The position numbers and the translations under genes were made by a program. A model generated the notes under the pieces. It made no database searches, was not told the origin of the DNA, and was given only the letters and a program-made list of their open reading frames with translations. A stretch of 62,903 nt of DNA, counting the filler, from Basidiobolus ranarum (taxonomy: Eukaryota): NCBI GenBank assembly GCA_040143965.1. It is 30 parts of 30 records of this genome, joined end to end, with 100 filler letters (N's around TTAATTAATTAA, not from the genome) between each part and the next. Parts side by side here need not be neighbours in the genome. Positions count along the whole stretch, not along the records: positions 12,636 to 14,639 come from JASJQH010010814.1; positions 14,740 to 16,743 come from JASJQH010010815.1; positions 16,844 to 18,846 come from JASJQH010010816.1; positions 18,947 to 20,949 come from JASJQH010010817.1; positions 21,050 to 23,052 come from JASJQH010010818.1; positions 23,153 to 25,154 come from JASJQH010010819.1; 24 more parts are not named here. One strand, given 5' to 3'. Shown here piece by piece: positions 13,056-23,911 of this stretch; the first letter of the stretch is position 1; every line of letters begins with the position of its first letter.

Positions 13056-14168
13056 TTATGATGGAGTGTAAGTGGGAGGTTGAACTGGCCTTGAACAGGA
13101 CCTCGAGATATCATGAGCAATGTGGATGCCATCATCATTCGATATTCTGAATTTCTTGTTGACGGATGTCGGTATTGTGTAGACAACCGGTGAGGTATAG
13201 GTTGGAGGAAGCACTGGTCTTGAACAAGTAGCTGTCGACTCAGCGAGTAAAATTCCGCCTTCGTTGACAACTCTGAGGTCCTGCTTGAGATACGATGAAA
13301 GTGGTAGTTCCACAGTGTCCATCCCTAGGAACGAGGGAAGCGTAATGTTGCTGGTAAGATAGTTAAACGGTGGAATATAGGTGCGGTCATAGTCACCCTT
13401 AGGCAAGTAACCATCAAGAGCCAGCATATAGCCATTTCCACCTTTGGTGATATTAGCAGAATAATTGAAGTCATCGTATAAACGTTGAGCATGACGTGAG
13501 GTCGCAGGAGAGATATGTGTAATGGGTCCCCATTTGTCGGAGCCTTCTAATCTGTAATACTGATCGCCATATATTACACGTCTGGGAACTCTCAAGCTCT
13601 CGGGACTCATGCCATTGCTAAAATCCTCGATGAACTGATAGAAATAATTGGCCGGTACTTGCATGAGTTCACTATAATCGGGGCCAAGAATCTTACCGAC
13701 CAGCTGCCACTCATTGTTCTTGTATATAGAAGTAACGTATATAATATCTTTGCCTTCCCGGTTAATCTCCACCTTCAGCCAATACTTCGTCCCGGGTTTC
13801 CAAAAGTCCCCATGTACAGTAATTTGCGCAGCTGGACCCTCCGCACAATTTTTCTCACATGTTACAAAGTGAGCGTCAGGATGAGCTTCGATAATTTTGG
13901 CGGTATGATTTCCAAGGTTCCATACAGTAAAGATGGTGTTATGGTCATTTTCGGCGACTCTTTGCAAACCAAAGTAACCTAGCCACCAGGCAGCTCCACA
14001 GAAGTACGTATTTACTCCGTCATAGCCCACGGGAATTTCAATTGATGTTACAAAGCCGGTGATTGAACCTCCAATGGGGCCGTTTACGAAAACGTCCAAG
14101 GCATCAATATACTTAGCGCAAAGAAGGAGGGCAGAAGCCGTCGTTGTCAGGAGCAATTTGAACTTCAT
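13056..14168 (-). CDS. Secreted DUF3472/DUF5077-like protein, 370 aa, intronless
   Basis: Intact ORF; signal peptide MKFKLLLTTTASALLLCA; motifs TYF..GYFGLQ..IFTVW..EG..W.PG..Y..FIEDF..R..Y.DQY recalled from bacterial DUF3472 proteins; TATAAA about 40 bp upstream. Confidence 0.75.
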   Translation of the reverse strand: MKFKLLLTTTASALLLCAKYIDALDVFVNGPIGGSITGFVTSIEIPVGYDGVNTYFCGAAWWLGYFGLQRVAENDHNTIFTVWNLGNHTAKIIEAHPDAHFVTCEKNCAEGPAAQITVHGDFWKPGTKYWLKVEINREGKDIIYVTSIYKNNEWQLVGKILGPDYSELMQVPANYFYQFIEDFSNGMSPESLRVPRRVIYGDQYYRLEGSDKWGPITHISPATSRHAQRLYDDFNYSANITKGGNGYMLALDGYLPKGDYDRTYIPPFNYLTSNITLPSFLGMDTVELPLSSYLKQDLRVVNEGGILLAESTATCSRPVLPPTYTSPVVYTIPTSVNKKFRISNDDGIHIAHDISRSCSRPVQPPTYTPS

Positions 14169-14739
14169 GATAAAAATTTAGTGTGGTCAGCAATCAAGAA
14201 CGCAGACTTTATATGGGAAAAGCTTACTACTATAGAAGGAAAAAGCTCATGCTCTCTTCTAAATGGAATGGTTGTGTGGCTGATAATACGTTAAGACCAC
14301 ATGGGTCACCTATTTAGAAGTTTTGTTCCTGGATAATAATCATGTGGTGAGTGGCCACGTAAAAAAATCAGGCTTATCTAAGGTTTGTTTTGAACAAGGC
14401 ATTTCTGGATGAAACATTTTTCCTTCCAATTTGTCTTGGAAAGCCTCTTATTTTCTCGGTATCAGGTCTAGATAAAGAACTGCCACATGGGTACTTGTGC
14501 TTCAACTGTATATAAAAGCTACGTATTTCCAGTATCAGCAGTATTCACAAGATTGACATCATAAAGTTAGTAAGCATGAAAACGTTACTTCCGCTAGTGT
14601 TATTGCCAGCATTATCCTCTGTGGCCCATGGAATGAACANNNNNNNNNNNNNNNNNNNNNNNNNNNNNNNNNNNNNNNNNNNNTTAATTAATTAANNNNN
14701 NNNNNNNNNNNNNNNNNNNNNNNNNNNNNNNNNNNNNNN

Positions 14740-15743
14740 ATATACGGGAGGGGCGATCTTACCGACACAATATCCACCACCAAAGAGAGACCAGTTTCCC
14801 GAACCCCTATATCACCATCTTCCAACAGGTTTTGTAATTTGTCAAGCTGCGTTGTCAGTAGGTTGGCGTCCAGATTATAAACTTTATGCATAACTGTGAC
14901 TGATTTCTTTCGAACAGAAGAGCTATGAATGGACATATCATTGAGAGTCATGCTTATAAAGTGTTCAAAAATGGATTATTACCTGCGATGCATTAGTAGA
15001 GCTTCTAGAATCTGAGAAAATATCGGGAAGGTCTCTGAATTAACCAGGTGGCGAAGTGCATCTAAAGCACAACATATTACTAGGGGATTGGTGCTTTTCA
15101 AGTCCTGTATAAAAGTGGCGGGTTAGTATGACGATATATCGCAGGTATGAAGTTAGAGCTCAAGTACCTGTTGTATGGAATTCATGAGCATGATGGAAAG
15201 TTCATGATCTTTATTTAATAGTAGCGAAGAAACCAAGTAACCTAAGAAGTAACGAAGACTTAGAAATTCTTTCTTGGTTTCTCTTTCGACCCCCCTCTTT
15301 TTACAACTTACCAATTCGTTTTTCTTTAAGATTTTTGGCACTTTGTGCTAATATTATCGCATGAATATAACCAAACTCCACTTTATATCCCAACATTTCA
15401 CAATACAACAGACCCACGACACATTCTGCAAGCTTGGCCTTGAACATGGTTAACTTTTAACTCTCTATAATTCTAGAAAAAATGTGCTAAATCAAATCAA
15501 ACCTGTGATAGTTGGCTTGGAGTCAGAAATCTTTGTTTCAACCTAGCTACTTCTTTTTTGACACTTTGAGTTTCTTCCTAAAATATAATCATACATTAGT
15601 TTTGAAGATATGACGAATATTCTCAAGCTTTGCGCCAAGATTACTTCTTTTCCGGTGGCGTCATTTATAGCTCTTAGAAACTCAAAAAACTCCGTACTCC
15701 GTCCTGAACCAACAAAAGCTGGATCTAATATAGCTGAAGTCAT
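14740..15743 (-). CDS. AP4E1: AP-4 complex epsilon adaptin, N-terminal part, spliced, 3'-truncated
   Basis: Spliced peptide STEFFEFLRAINDATGKEEE..LLYCEMLGYKVEFGYIHAIILAQ..EKRIGYLVSSLLLNKDHEL..LKSTNPLVICCAL..VRKK matches the AP-4 epsilon N-terminus. Confidence 0.85.
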
Positions 15744-16359
15744 TTTTGTCTCTCTACGTTGGAGTTCCGATATGATATCACTGGTAACAAGGTAGAATTG
15801 TGGCTTCAATAGAGTAATTCTTGAAATTCCATATATATTACGATTATCATGTTACTATCAGGACCGTCACAAATATAGTTTCTTAGTACTGCGAATCATT
15901 ACACAATAAGTATTTATTGAGTGATACCCATTGGATGATATTTTTGCTTTCTAAAAAATCATAATTAACATGTGCATTATGAATACAACCAAAAGCATGC
16001 ATTCTATATTAGACACTCATATTCCCAATCTAGAAGAGGGAACATATATGTAGCTCTATGAGTGGCTCTACTGACTCCTCCAAGCAAATGTTTTGTGAAC
16101 ATGAAGATGCTTATCATGTGATTGGAAACAGAATATACTAATATTCTAGAAAATAATCATGAGCTTTGCAGAATATTCATAATCTAAATAGGATGCCACC
16201 TTGTAAAATATATTTAATAAACTAATCTCCATGGAAATGAAATCCTCACTGTGACCCAATTCAGCTTCAGCAAGTGTCTGAGCCGACCCTACTATGATCT
16301 GTCTTCAGCTTTGATAAAAGTGTTGACCAAAGCTTTGAGCCATTATACTGTTGGAATAG

Positions 16360-16743
16360 GCATACCCTTAACATCTATATAGTCATATGTAGCTTAATAC
16401 TTAGTTATTCCATACTTCACTAATATATCACCCTCTATTCTCCAGAGGAATTTAGTCGGAAGTTGGAAGATATATTTTTCATGCTTGTGCTAGAAGTTCC
16501 AAACCTTACACACTGACTCCTCAGACTTTCATTAACACGTTCTATTTGTTTTCTTGTTTACATCTTGACAAAACTATAAATGTCAACTTTCTACTCAATA
16601 AGTCAATAAGTGAGAACAACCAATTATTCTACTTCACGCAGCCACTTGCAACAAACTCCCATAATACTGTTGAAATTAACATTGCCTAAACACCTATATA
16701 GTCATATATAGCTTAGTACTTATCTTATAATTCACTAAGATAT
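16360..16743 (+). mobile_element. LTR family B fragments (one decayed copy, then the start of another at about 16668)
   Basis: Similar to 38043-38374 (TGTTGAAATTA.CATT; GACAAAACTATAAATGTCAACTTTCTACTCAA). Confidence 0.75.
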
Positions 16744-18946
16744 NNNNNNNNNNNNNNNNNNNNNNNNNNNNNNNNNNNNNNNNNNNNTTAATTAATTAAN
16801 NNNNNNNNNNNNNNNNNNNNNNNNNNNNNNNNNNNNNNNNNNNAACTTAGAATGGGATGGAGTACTAGAAGATATATTTGTTTCTTATGATGAAATGTAA
16901 TTTTGTTTTTTAAAATTTCTTATTCTTGTAAATATGCAAGTTGTTATTTAACTCCCGTCATAGAAAGTTTTAATCCTTTGAATATTTTCTGCCATCAGTT
17001 ATTGCGTATCTGACTATTCTTATTTGGTAACTCACCTAGTGCTTTCTGACCATAGTGGTTAGCATGATCGGTTGTGTGCTTGGCGCCACTGTTGCTATCC
17101 AATCACGCAAACATTGCCGTATACGATGAAAGTCCTATAATCCTCGAATTGAATGTGCTCTTCAAATGTACTACTCTGAACTTTCCTAATTCACTCTTCT
17201 TACGTGACTAAATTGTTACTACTACTAGCTGAAAACTGTACCTAATGTTTCGAGATTCTTCTCTTAGATGGATCCCATGCTTATGATTCGGAACAACTAG
17301 CCATAACCACAAAATATACTCGGCTTATTGGTATTCATACTGAATTAGTACAATTCATGTACATTTAATCTTAGTCTTAATGTTAATGGCTTTCTACTAG
17401 CTGCTGAATTCATCTACTAGAGTTTCGACTTCAAACCGAGACTAAGGAAGTATTAGCACACTGTTTAATGTTGTTTCGTTCTTCGTTTCTCAACGAACAC
17501 CGTAACTCAAATAGGATTATGCGGAGTAGCAAGAGATACATATTCTCATTTGTATAGATCTTCTCGGTATTCGTAACCCCTTGGTTTCAGAAATGACCCC
17601 TAATATGAACGTGGATTATTATATTCTACATAGTACCAGTCAGGGTTAAGGCCACAATACAAACTTTACCAGGAATTCTGAGTAAGGTATTATTGAACCC
17701 ATGAAAAGCGATTGGCCAATCGATGCTGTTATTTTATGCCATACTTTATAACACTTGGAAGTAAAAAGAGAAATCCGAGACCAGTGGGGTAGTGGATTTC
17801 GAATTTTCTATAGAGTGAGAGAAACTCTTGATTTAATAACTACCGACCAATTTGTGACCGTATTGGACCGCACCACACTGTTAGACCAAATATGGGCATT
17901 TTATTCCTTAATATGGATGGCAATGTCCTTTTCCAAAAGAACAGATTGTACTATTGGTCGAATGTTGGCTGAATTTAGTAACAATTCATGGTGCTTATTG
18001 GTGAATAACTAGACATGGATGTAAGACCATCTAGATATCGGTAGTATCTAGATTCTATCGTGGAGAAAGTCTTTAGCCTACAGGTAGTAAATCAGATTTG
18101 CTGACAACTTTAGGGTTAGATAACTCTAGCCTCACCTGGTGGTTGCGGAATCCCTAATATGGAATGTGGCTGGTGTTGATGCTACACAAGAAATACATTT
18201 TGGGCCATCCGAAAGTAAACCAATATGTATGTGAAACACAATATAGTTTATTACTATCTTCAAGTTGCATGGCAATTATATCCAAGTATAGACATAATTG
18301 CTTGATGGAGAGCAACATGGGTTTCAGTTTAAAGTCACTTATGGTGTAAGGAGGAAGCCACCATACCATCTATATTCAATGAGGAGAAACGTGCTTACTT
18401 CCAATTTGCAGTGAATCCCGATTCCTGGTATAATATGAGACATCTCAGCCACGTTACAACAGAGCCGAGATTTAGGTTCTCTGTATAGGGTGCACGAATA
18501 AGATGAGATCAAACCCTTGGTTAAGAGTTGGCATGTCCGTTAACTAAATTTGACATTCTAACCCTTACCATGGATCTAGCACTGGTTGGCAATATTTGTC
18601 CTGCAAATGGCAGAGTCTATAAGCAAATCGGGTGTTATGTTCTAGCCTTGCTCACGGTAAATGATTTTCTTTACAATGGGTCTATCAATTAAAGGCGAAT
18701 ACATGGGTACAGGATATTCCAAGCGTCTACTTGTTCCGAGGATTTCGGAATTCTCTTGACTGAATTCGGCCAATCTGGTGTTAAGTAAAACACATAAATA
18801 CTCTGCTGGAGACTACTGTCATATCATACCAATTCAACTACCGCCTNNNNNNNNNNNNNNNNNNNNNNNNNNNNNNNNNNNNNNNNNNNNTTAATTAATT
18901 AANNNNNNNNNNNNNNNNNNNNNNNNNNNNNNNNNNNNNNNNNNNN

Positions 18947-19054
18947 TGACAAAACTATAAATGTCAACTTTCTACTCAATAAATCAATAAGTGAAAACCA
19001 CCAATTCCTCTAATTCTCCAAACCACTTCCAACAGGCTCCCAAATACTTTAACA
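18947..19054 (+). mobile_element. LTR family B 3' end
   Basis: CCACTTCCAACAGGCTCCCAAATACTTTAACA matches the end of 38043-38374. Confidence 0.8.
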
Positions 19055-19099
19055 AATTTTAGCATTCTCTACCCAACATGATATATACAGCACAATCTG

Positions 19100-19957
19100 G
19101 CACTATCACAGAGAAAAAGTCCATTGATTTTTGAGTTATGTCTGATAAGTCAGGTATGTGCATATGTAGAAACTAAATACAACAAAATTCTTGTATTTTT
19201 TGATTCTCATTATGGCTGGAATACTATGCCTAAAATATCTAAATAAAGGCATGCATATTAATTCAAATTTCTATAGTGGTTAACACAAAAGGTTGCCAGA
19301 AATAAAATAACACATGCCAAATATTGTTGAAGTTTATTATCTTTATCATATTTGTTATCTCCATCTTCATATACCTAACTATTTCATATGTCACATATAA
19401 GTTAGTCAAGATTACTTAGTCAAATATCACTTAACTGCAAATCAGAACATTTATTATATATATATGTGAATAATTTGAGAGTTAGCAATTCCATATTGAA
19501 AGTTTCAAACTTATCTAAGTTGTCCCAAAGATAGCGCATTTTACTCCCACAGATGTTCTGAACACAACCCCAGTGTTAGTTTTCTGTATTTCACCAAAAT
19601 GTATAAATACTTCATTTCTGGAAAATAAATAATTTTCTCACAGAAGCTATTCACAACTCCACTTTTCTAAAGTTTCTCCAAACAGCCCATATTTTCCCAA
19701 TAAATATGAGGATCAATAATTTACTATCTATGATAACTGTCATAATACCATCAAGAAGACACCATCTCACCATCAAAATTGCTGGCAGAATACAAGCCAC
19801 CAATCATCTGATGGTCCTCTGATTGTTTTGTAATCCAGAAGGGTGGATTCAATCTGGATCAGATCCAAGCCACCACTCATCTGATGGTCCTCTGATTGTT
19901 TTGTAATCCAGCAGGGTGGATTTAATCTGGATCAAATTGGTTCTACTCTTGTTAGAG
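19100..19957 (+). mobile_element. CACTA-like right arm, interrupted by a solo LTR, with an internal ~75-bp tandem duplication
   Basis: Reverse complement of 19980-20400; duplicated AAGCCACCA.TCATCTGATGGTCC...TGGATC; degenerate end TTGTTAGAG. Confidence 0.75.
19325..19702 (+). mobile_element. Solo LTR family A with 5-bp TSD AATAT
   Basis: AATAT at 19320-19324 and 19703-19707; empty site visible at 33665-33685. Confidence 0.9.
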
Positions 19958-19979
19958 AAGAAAGGTCATAAGATCATAT

Positions 19980-20584
19980 CACTAACTAAGATAAAATCAA
20001 TTTGATCCGGATCAGATCCACCCTTCTAAATTCCAAAACCATGAGAGAACCAGCACAATATTGGTGGCTTGCATTCTGCCAGGGATTTTGATGGTGTGAT
20101 GGTGGTTTCTTGATGGTGTTTTAATGGTATTCACATATGTTAAATAATTGAACCACATACTTGACATGTGTTATTAATTTCAGGCAATTTTTGCAAAATA
20201 TAAATTTCAAATGGCAAATTATTGGGTATACTGCTGTAGGAATTCAAATTATTATGCATGCCTTTATTTAGATATTTTAGGCTTTGTATTCCAGCCATAA
20301 TGAGAATCAAAAAATACAAGAATCTCATTGAGTTTAGTCTCTACATATGCACATACTTGACTGATCAGACATAACTCAACAACATCAATATACTTTACCA
20401 GCAAACTAACAGTGGAAAAATTGCTTAACATCTGAAATTTGAATAGCACTGACACTTGGCAAATAGGTGACTCTTATTACAATTCACAATAAGAATAAGC
20501 TCTTGGATTTTGGCAAATTTCTGTAAAGAATTCAGCCAATACATCCCCAACTTGCAGTCAACAAATGTCCTGCCACAAGTAGAG
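19980..20584 (-). mobile_element. CACTA-like right arm (terminus CACTAAC)
   Basis: Colinear with 11624-12205. Confidence 0.85.
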
Positions 20585-20949
20585 CCCTAAAAGAAATTTG
20601 AGGAATGTTATTGTAGGAAAACCATCACAATTTTAATCCATTTGGGATTGACTGTTTACTTACTGTCATAAAACTGTCAAGTTAGATTTGATTTTAATCA
20701 ATTTTTTCAGTTTCAGGAGTGAAATTTCAAGATCTTGCAAAATAGTTGCAAATGATTGGCTAAAATCTTAGTGAACTATGGATCAACCTGTGTGCAAAAA
20801 ACGTAACTCAAATTTTACACAATTACCACTTGAATGCTAATTTGTCACCTTTGAAATCCCTAGTCTCTTTGATATATTCTCCTGAATATTTTTATAGAGT
20901 TCTTCATACCCAAGGTTTAGCTCATACCCAACACAAGTTTGTGTCAATA
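20585..20949 (+). mobile_element. CACTA-like left arm nested in a right arm
   Basis: CCCTAAAAGAAATTTGAGG, colinear with 38952-39315. Confidence 0.85.
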
Positions 20950-21329
20950 NNNNNNNNNNNNNNNNNNNNNNNNNNNNNNNNNNNNNNNNNNNNTTAATTA
21001 ATTAANNNNNNNNNNNNNNNNNNNNNNNNNNNNNNNNNNNNNNNNNNNNTTCAGTTTCACCAACAGAAGGCTTTAAAGCAAAGATTGAGTGCTTTGATCT
21101 CTGCTATTAGGCCTGACCTACTCCCAGTCCACTCAAGTTGATGGACTCTTTGATTCACTAACTCTGGTCCTATATGTATGGCAAAACCTATTCTTTATAC
21201 CTTCCTTTCCCTAGTAAGCTCTACTAGAATTTCAAATTTCTTCATTTTATGTTATATTTGACCTTTGTTGATTTTCTTAAAGCACACCATATATAGGTGA
21301 TGCTCAATAAAGTTACTAAAAACCTACCC

Positions 21330-21700
21330 TAAATGAGATAGCAGATCCAACAGCAAAGACAGTTGCTCCAGTATTTTTGCCAGAAAGCTGACAACTCAGA
21401 AGTGAAGATCAATGTACATCTTCTTACCAACAGTGGTGAGACAAAAAAGAACCTATATACTTGGAAAGTCCAAGTAGAGCAGCCCTTTAAGGCCAAGAAC
21501 ACCCCAGAAGACAAATAAGTAGCTTTCTTTGCTAGTTACCTAGTGGGAAATGCCTAACAATTATATCAGAACAAGTTGTTAAAGGCACTGATGCAAGACA
21601 TAGCAACTTTAGAAACTTGGGGAGAATTTAAAGCCAAAATTTGGAAGGAGTTCCTACCTAAAATTACAAGTATTAAAAAGCCATCTTGCCAACATCAGGC
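21330..21700 (+). pseudogene. Retrotransposon gag remnant (gypsy-like)
   Basis: W..QVEQ.F...PEDK.VAFFASYL.GNA..LETWGEFK...KEFLP pattern, with stops. Confidence 0.55.
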
Positions 21701-21944
21701 ATAGAGGAACAGTTCAAGACTCCATGTATAAGTTTTGAGATACAGCAATACAGACTTGGTGATAAATGGATTTTTAGTAATGAAGTGAGAGGAACATGAG
21801 TGATATAGTTTTGGAACTTCTGAATGCTTTCTATGCTTGGTCTTCTAGATATGTTGAGCAGTCTAGAAGCATTGGAAACTATGTTCAATGCAGAAAATAC
21901 AGGCCTTTGTAATGATATGAAGAAGTTGATAAGTAGGACAGTAG

Positions 21945-22620
21945 AGCCAACAACCACTGGCTTCTTTGCTTTTCCCATGAGTTTACTAACTTCCTGCTTC
22001 TTGAGCACAACTTTAGCTACTTTTCTTTCTTTTCCAAGCCAATAATTGTATACATTTTTGAGATGTTTCATGAATAGACCTATACTAGCCCAATTGTCAC
22101 TTGCTTGCAAAAGCCCAGCATACACTACATGAAATAAGTCAAGAACTCTCTGAGTAAAGACTGGTCTTTAGTTTTCCAAAATTAGCTCAAACTAAGGTGA
22201 TTTTGGGCAAGATTCTGCACAGTTTCCAAAATGTCAAACCATTCATCATCAGAGCAAGTCACAGCAGCTCTGACATGCAGGGTTTTTTGGTTTGCTGGTT
22301 TTCCTATGAGATTTCTACTTTCATGTGGGCAAGTAATCTTTGGTTACTGTATAGGCATAGTGGTCTAACTCATATTCTGCTCTGCTAGATTGTCACAGTG
22401 ATGTTCATATTTGTGGTGTGGGATTGATTGAAATCCAGTATCAGAATGGATGGAGAGAGCAGCATGTTGCTATAGCTCAAGCACAGCATTCTGAAGGTCA
22501 TAGATCATTGTTGAGTGACTCCCTAACTAATGACTAACTGCTTCAGAATGCTGCATTAATTTCTATATTACTGTGTCATTGCTTGTCATGGCCTGTGTAG
22601 CAACTTTGTAGGGTTTACTT
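21945..22620 (-). pseudogene. CACTA-like family accessory ORF fragment
   Basis: 22370-22620 matches 58816-59060; 21945-22370 matches the reverse complement of 48600-49030. Confidence 0.75.
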
Positions 22621-23152
22621 GTGATATGCTAGACCTGCTCAAAGAAGACTTCATGTTAGAGCTGATACTTTTGTTATTACTCTATGGACCATCTGCTAAT
22701 TTGGAAATGTTGATTTTGGCCTATTTAAGAACATAAAGGTAGTTTAAACAAGTAGGTATTGATACTACTAAATTTATTAACATGAGGTACTTCAAACACT
22801 TTACTCTTGAGAATATACTTGAAAAGTGCATTGCCACAGAACTCTTTGAGGAAGTATATGATAGAGTCTCTTGAGAGCCAATTGGTTACTTCTTTTGAGA
22901 TAATATTGGTACTCCACTATACATTCCCATTTCTTTAGAGGACACTTTGCTTATAAGATTTACTTCACTTCAGAAAAATTCTCTGTCTCCACTGACTACA
23001 AAATTTTTGGAAGATTTCAACATTTCTAAAGCTGAGGTACTTCTTCCCAACTNNNNNNNNNNNNNNNNNNNNNNNNNNNNNNNNNNNNNNNNNNNNTTAA
23101 TTAATTAANNNNNNNNNNNNNNNNNNNNNNNNNNNNNNNNNNNNNNNNNNNN

Positions 23153-23348
23153 GAAGGTCCCAGGAACATGTGTGCAAAGTTTGGGGCTTCTTTGAAAAAT
23201 CTATATATCTGAGAACTTCTAAGTTGGTGTCAATATTCTAAGTAAATTCCGATTGAGAATAATGGATAATATCTTAGTGAAATAAAAGAGAACTAAATAC
23301 TAAGCTATATATGATTATATAGGTGTTTAGGCTTTGCTAGCTTCAACA
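23153..23348 (-). mobile_element. LTR family B 5' half
   Basis: Matches 53307-53510; ends CTTCAACA on the plus strand. Confidence 0.8.
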
Positions 23349-23659
23349 GTGGTAGTGCTAACTGTGATATACTTTGGTGCTTAATTCTAATAAAGTGATT
23401 TTTTCTTTCACCTAACATTTTTATTTGGTAATGTTGAAGTTTCATAATATAGGTGATTTAGGTTTTAAATCATGTGGCATTTACTTATGACATATGCAGA
23501 TGGGGAGAGGACTAAACCTGGTGGCTAAAAAGAAATTAAGGGGAGGGGGAGATGAATTTAGGGTTTGACAATGCCGATATGTCTCCGAGGTTTTGAAACG
23601 ATACGCATTTCTATCTCTCTCTCTCTCTCCTTGCCAATATCAACGTAACCACAAAAGTC

Positions 23660-23911
23660 ATGTCAGGCCGCAACAACCAGTACTATTCAGGTACCAATAG
23701 TCAGGGCCACCACTACTGCCACCGCGGTGATTCAACCGCTCCTGGCGGTAACTATCACTATTCGAACAGTGACGGTTCGTACTATTACCAGAACGCGAAC
23801 GGCTCTACTTATTATGCCAGCCCTAACACTGGCACTGCTTGGTACTCTCCTCCTAGTGGTGGCTCTTCTGGCTCTTCAGACAAGAGTTATTCCCAAAGCA
23901 ATAACCAATAA
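23660..23911 (+). CDS. Small Tyr/Ser/Gly/Asn-rich protein, 83 aa
   Basis: Good start context; CT-rich tract just upstream; SGTNSQG.HYC.R...YHYSNSDGSYYY.N.NGSTYY resembles a recalled conserved fungal hypothetical protein family. Confidence 0.8.
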   Translation: MSGRNNQYYSGTNSQGHHYCHRGDSTAPGGNYHYSNSDGSYYYQNANGSTYYASPNTGTAWYSPPSGGSSGSSDKSYSQSNNQ

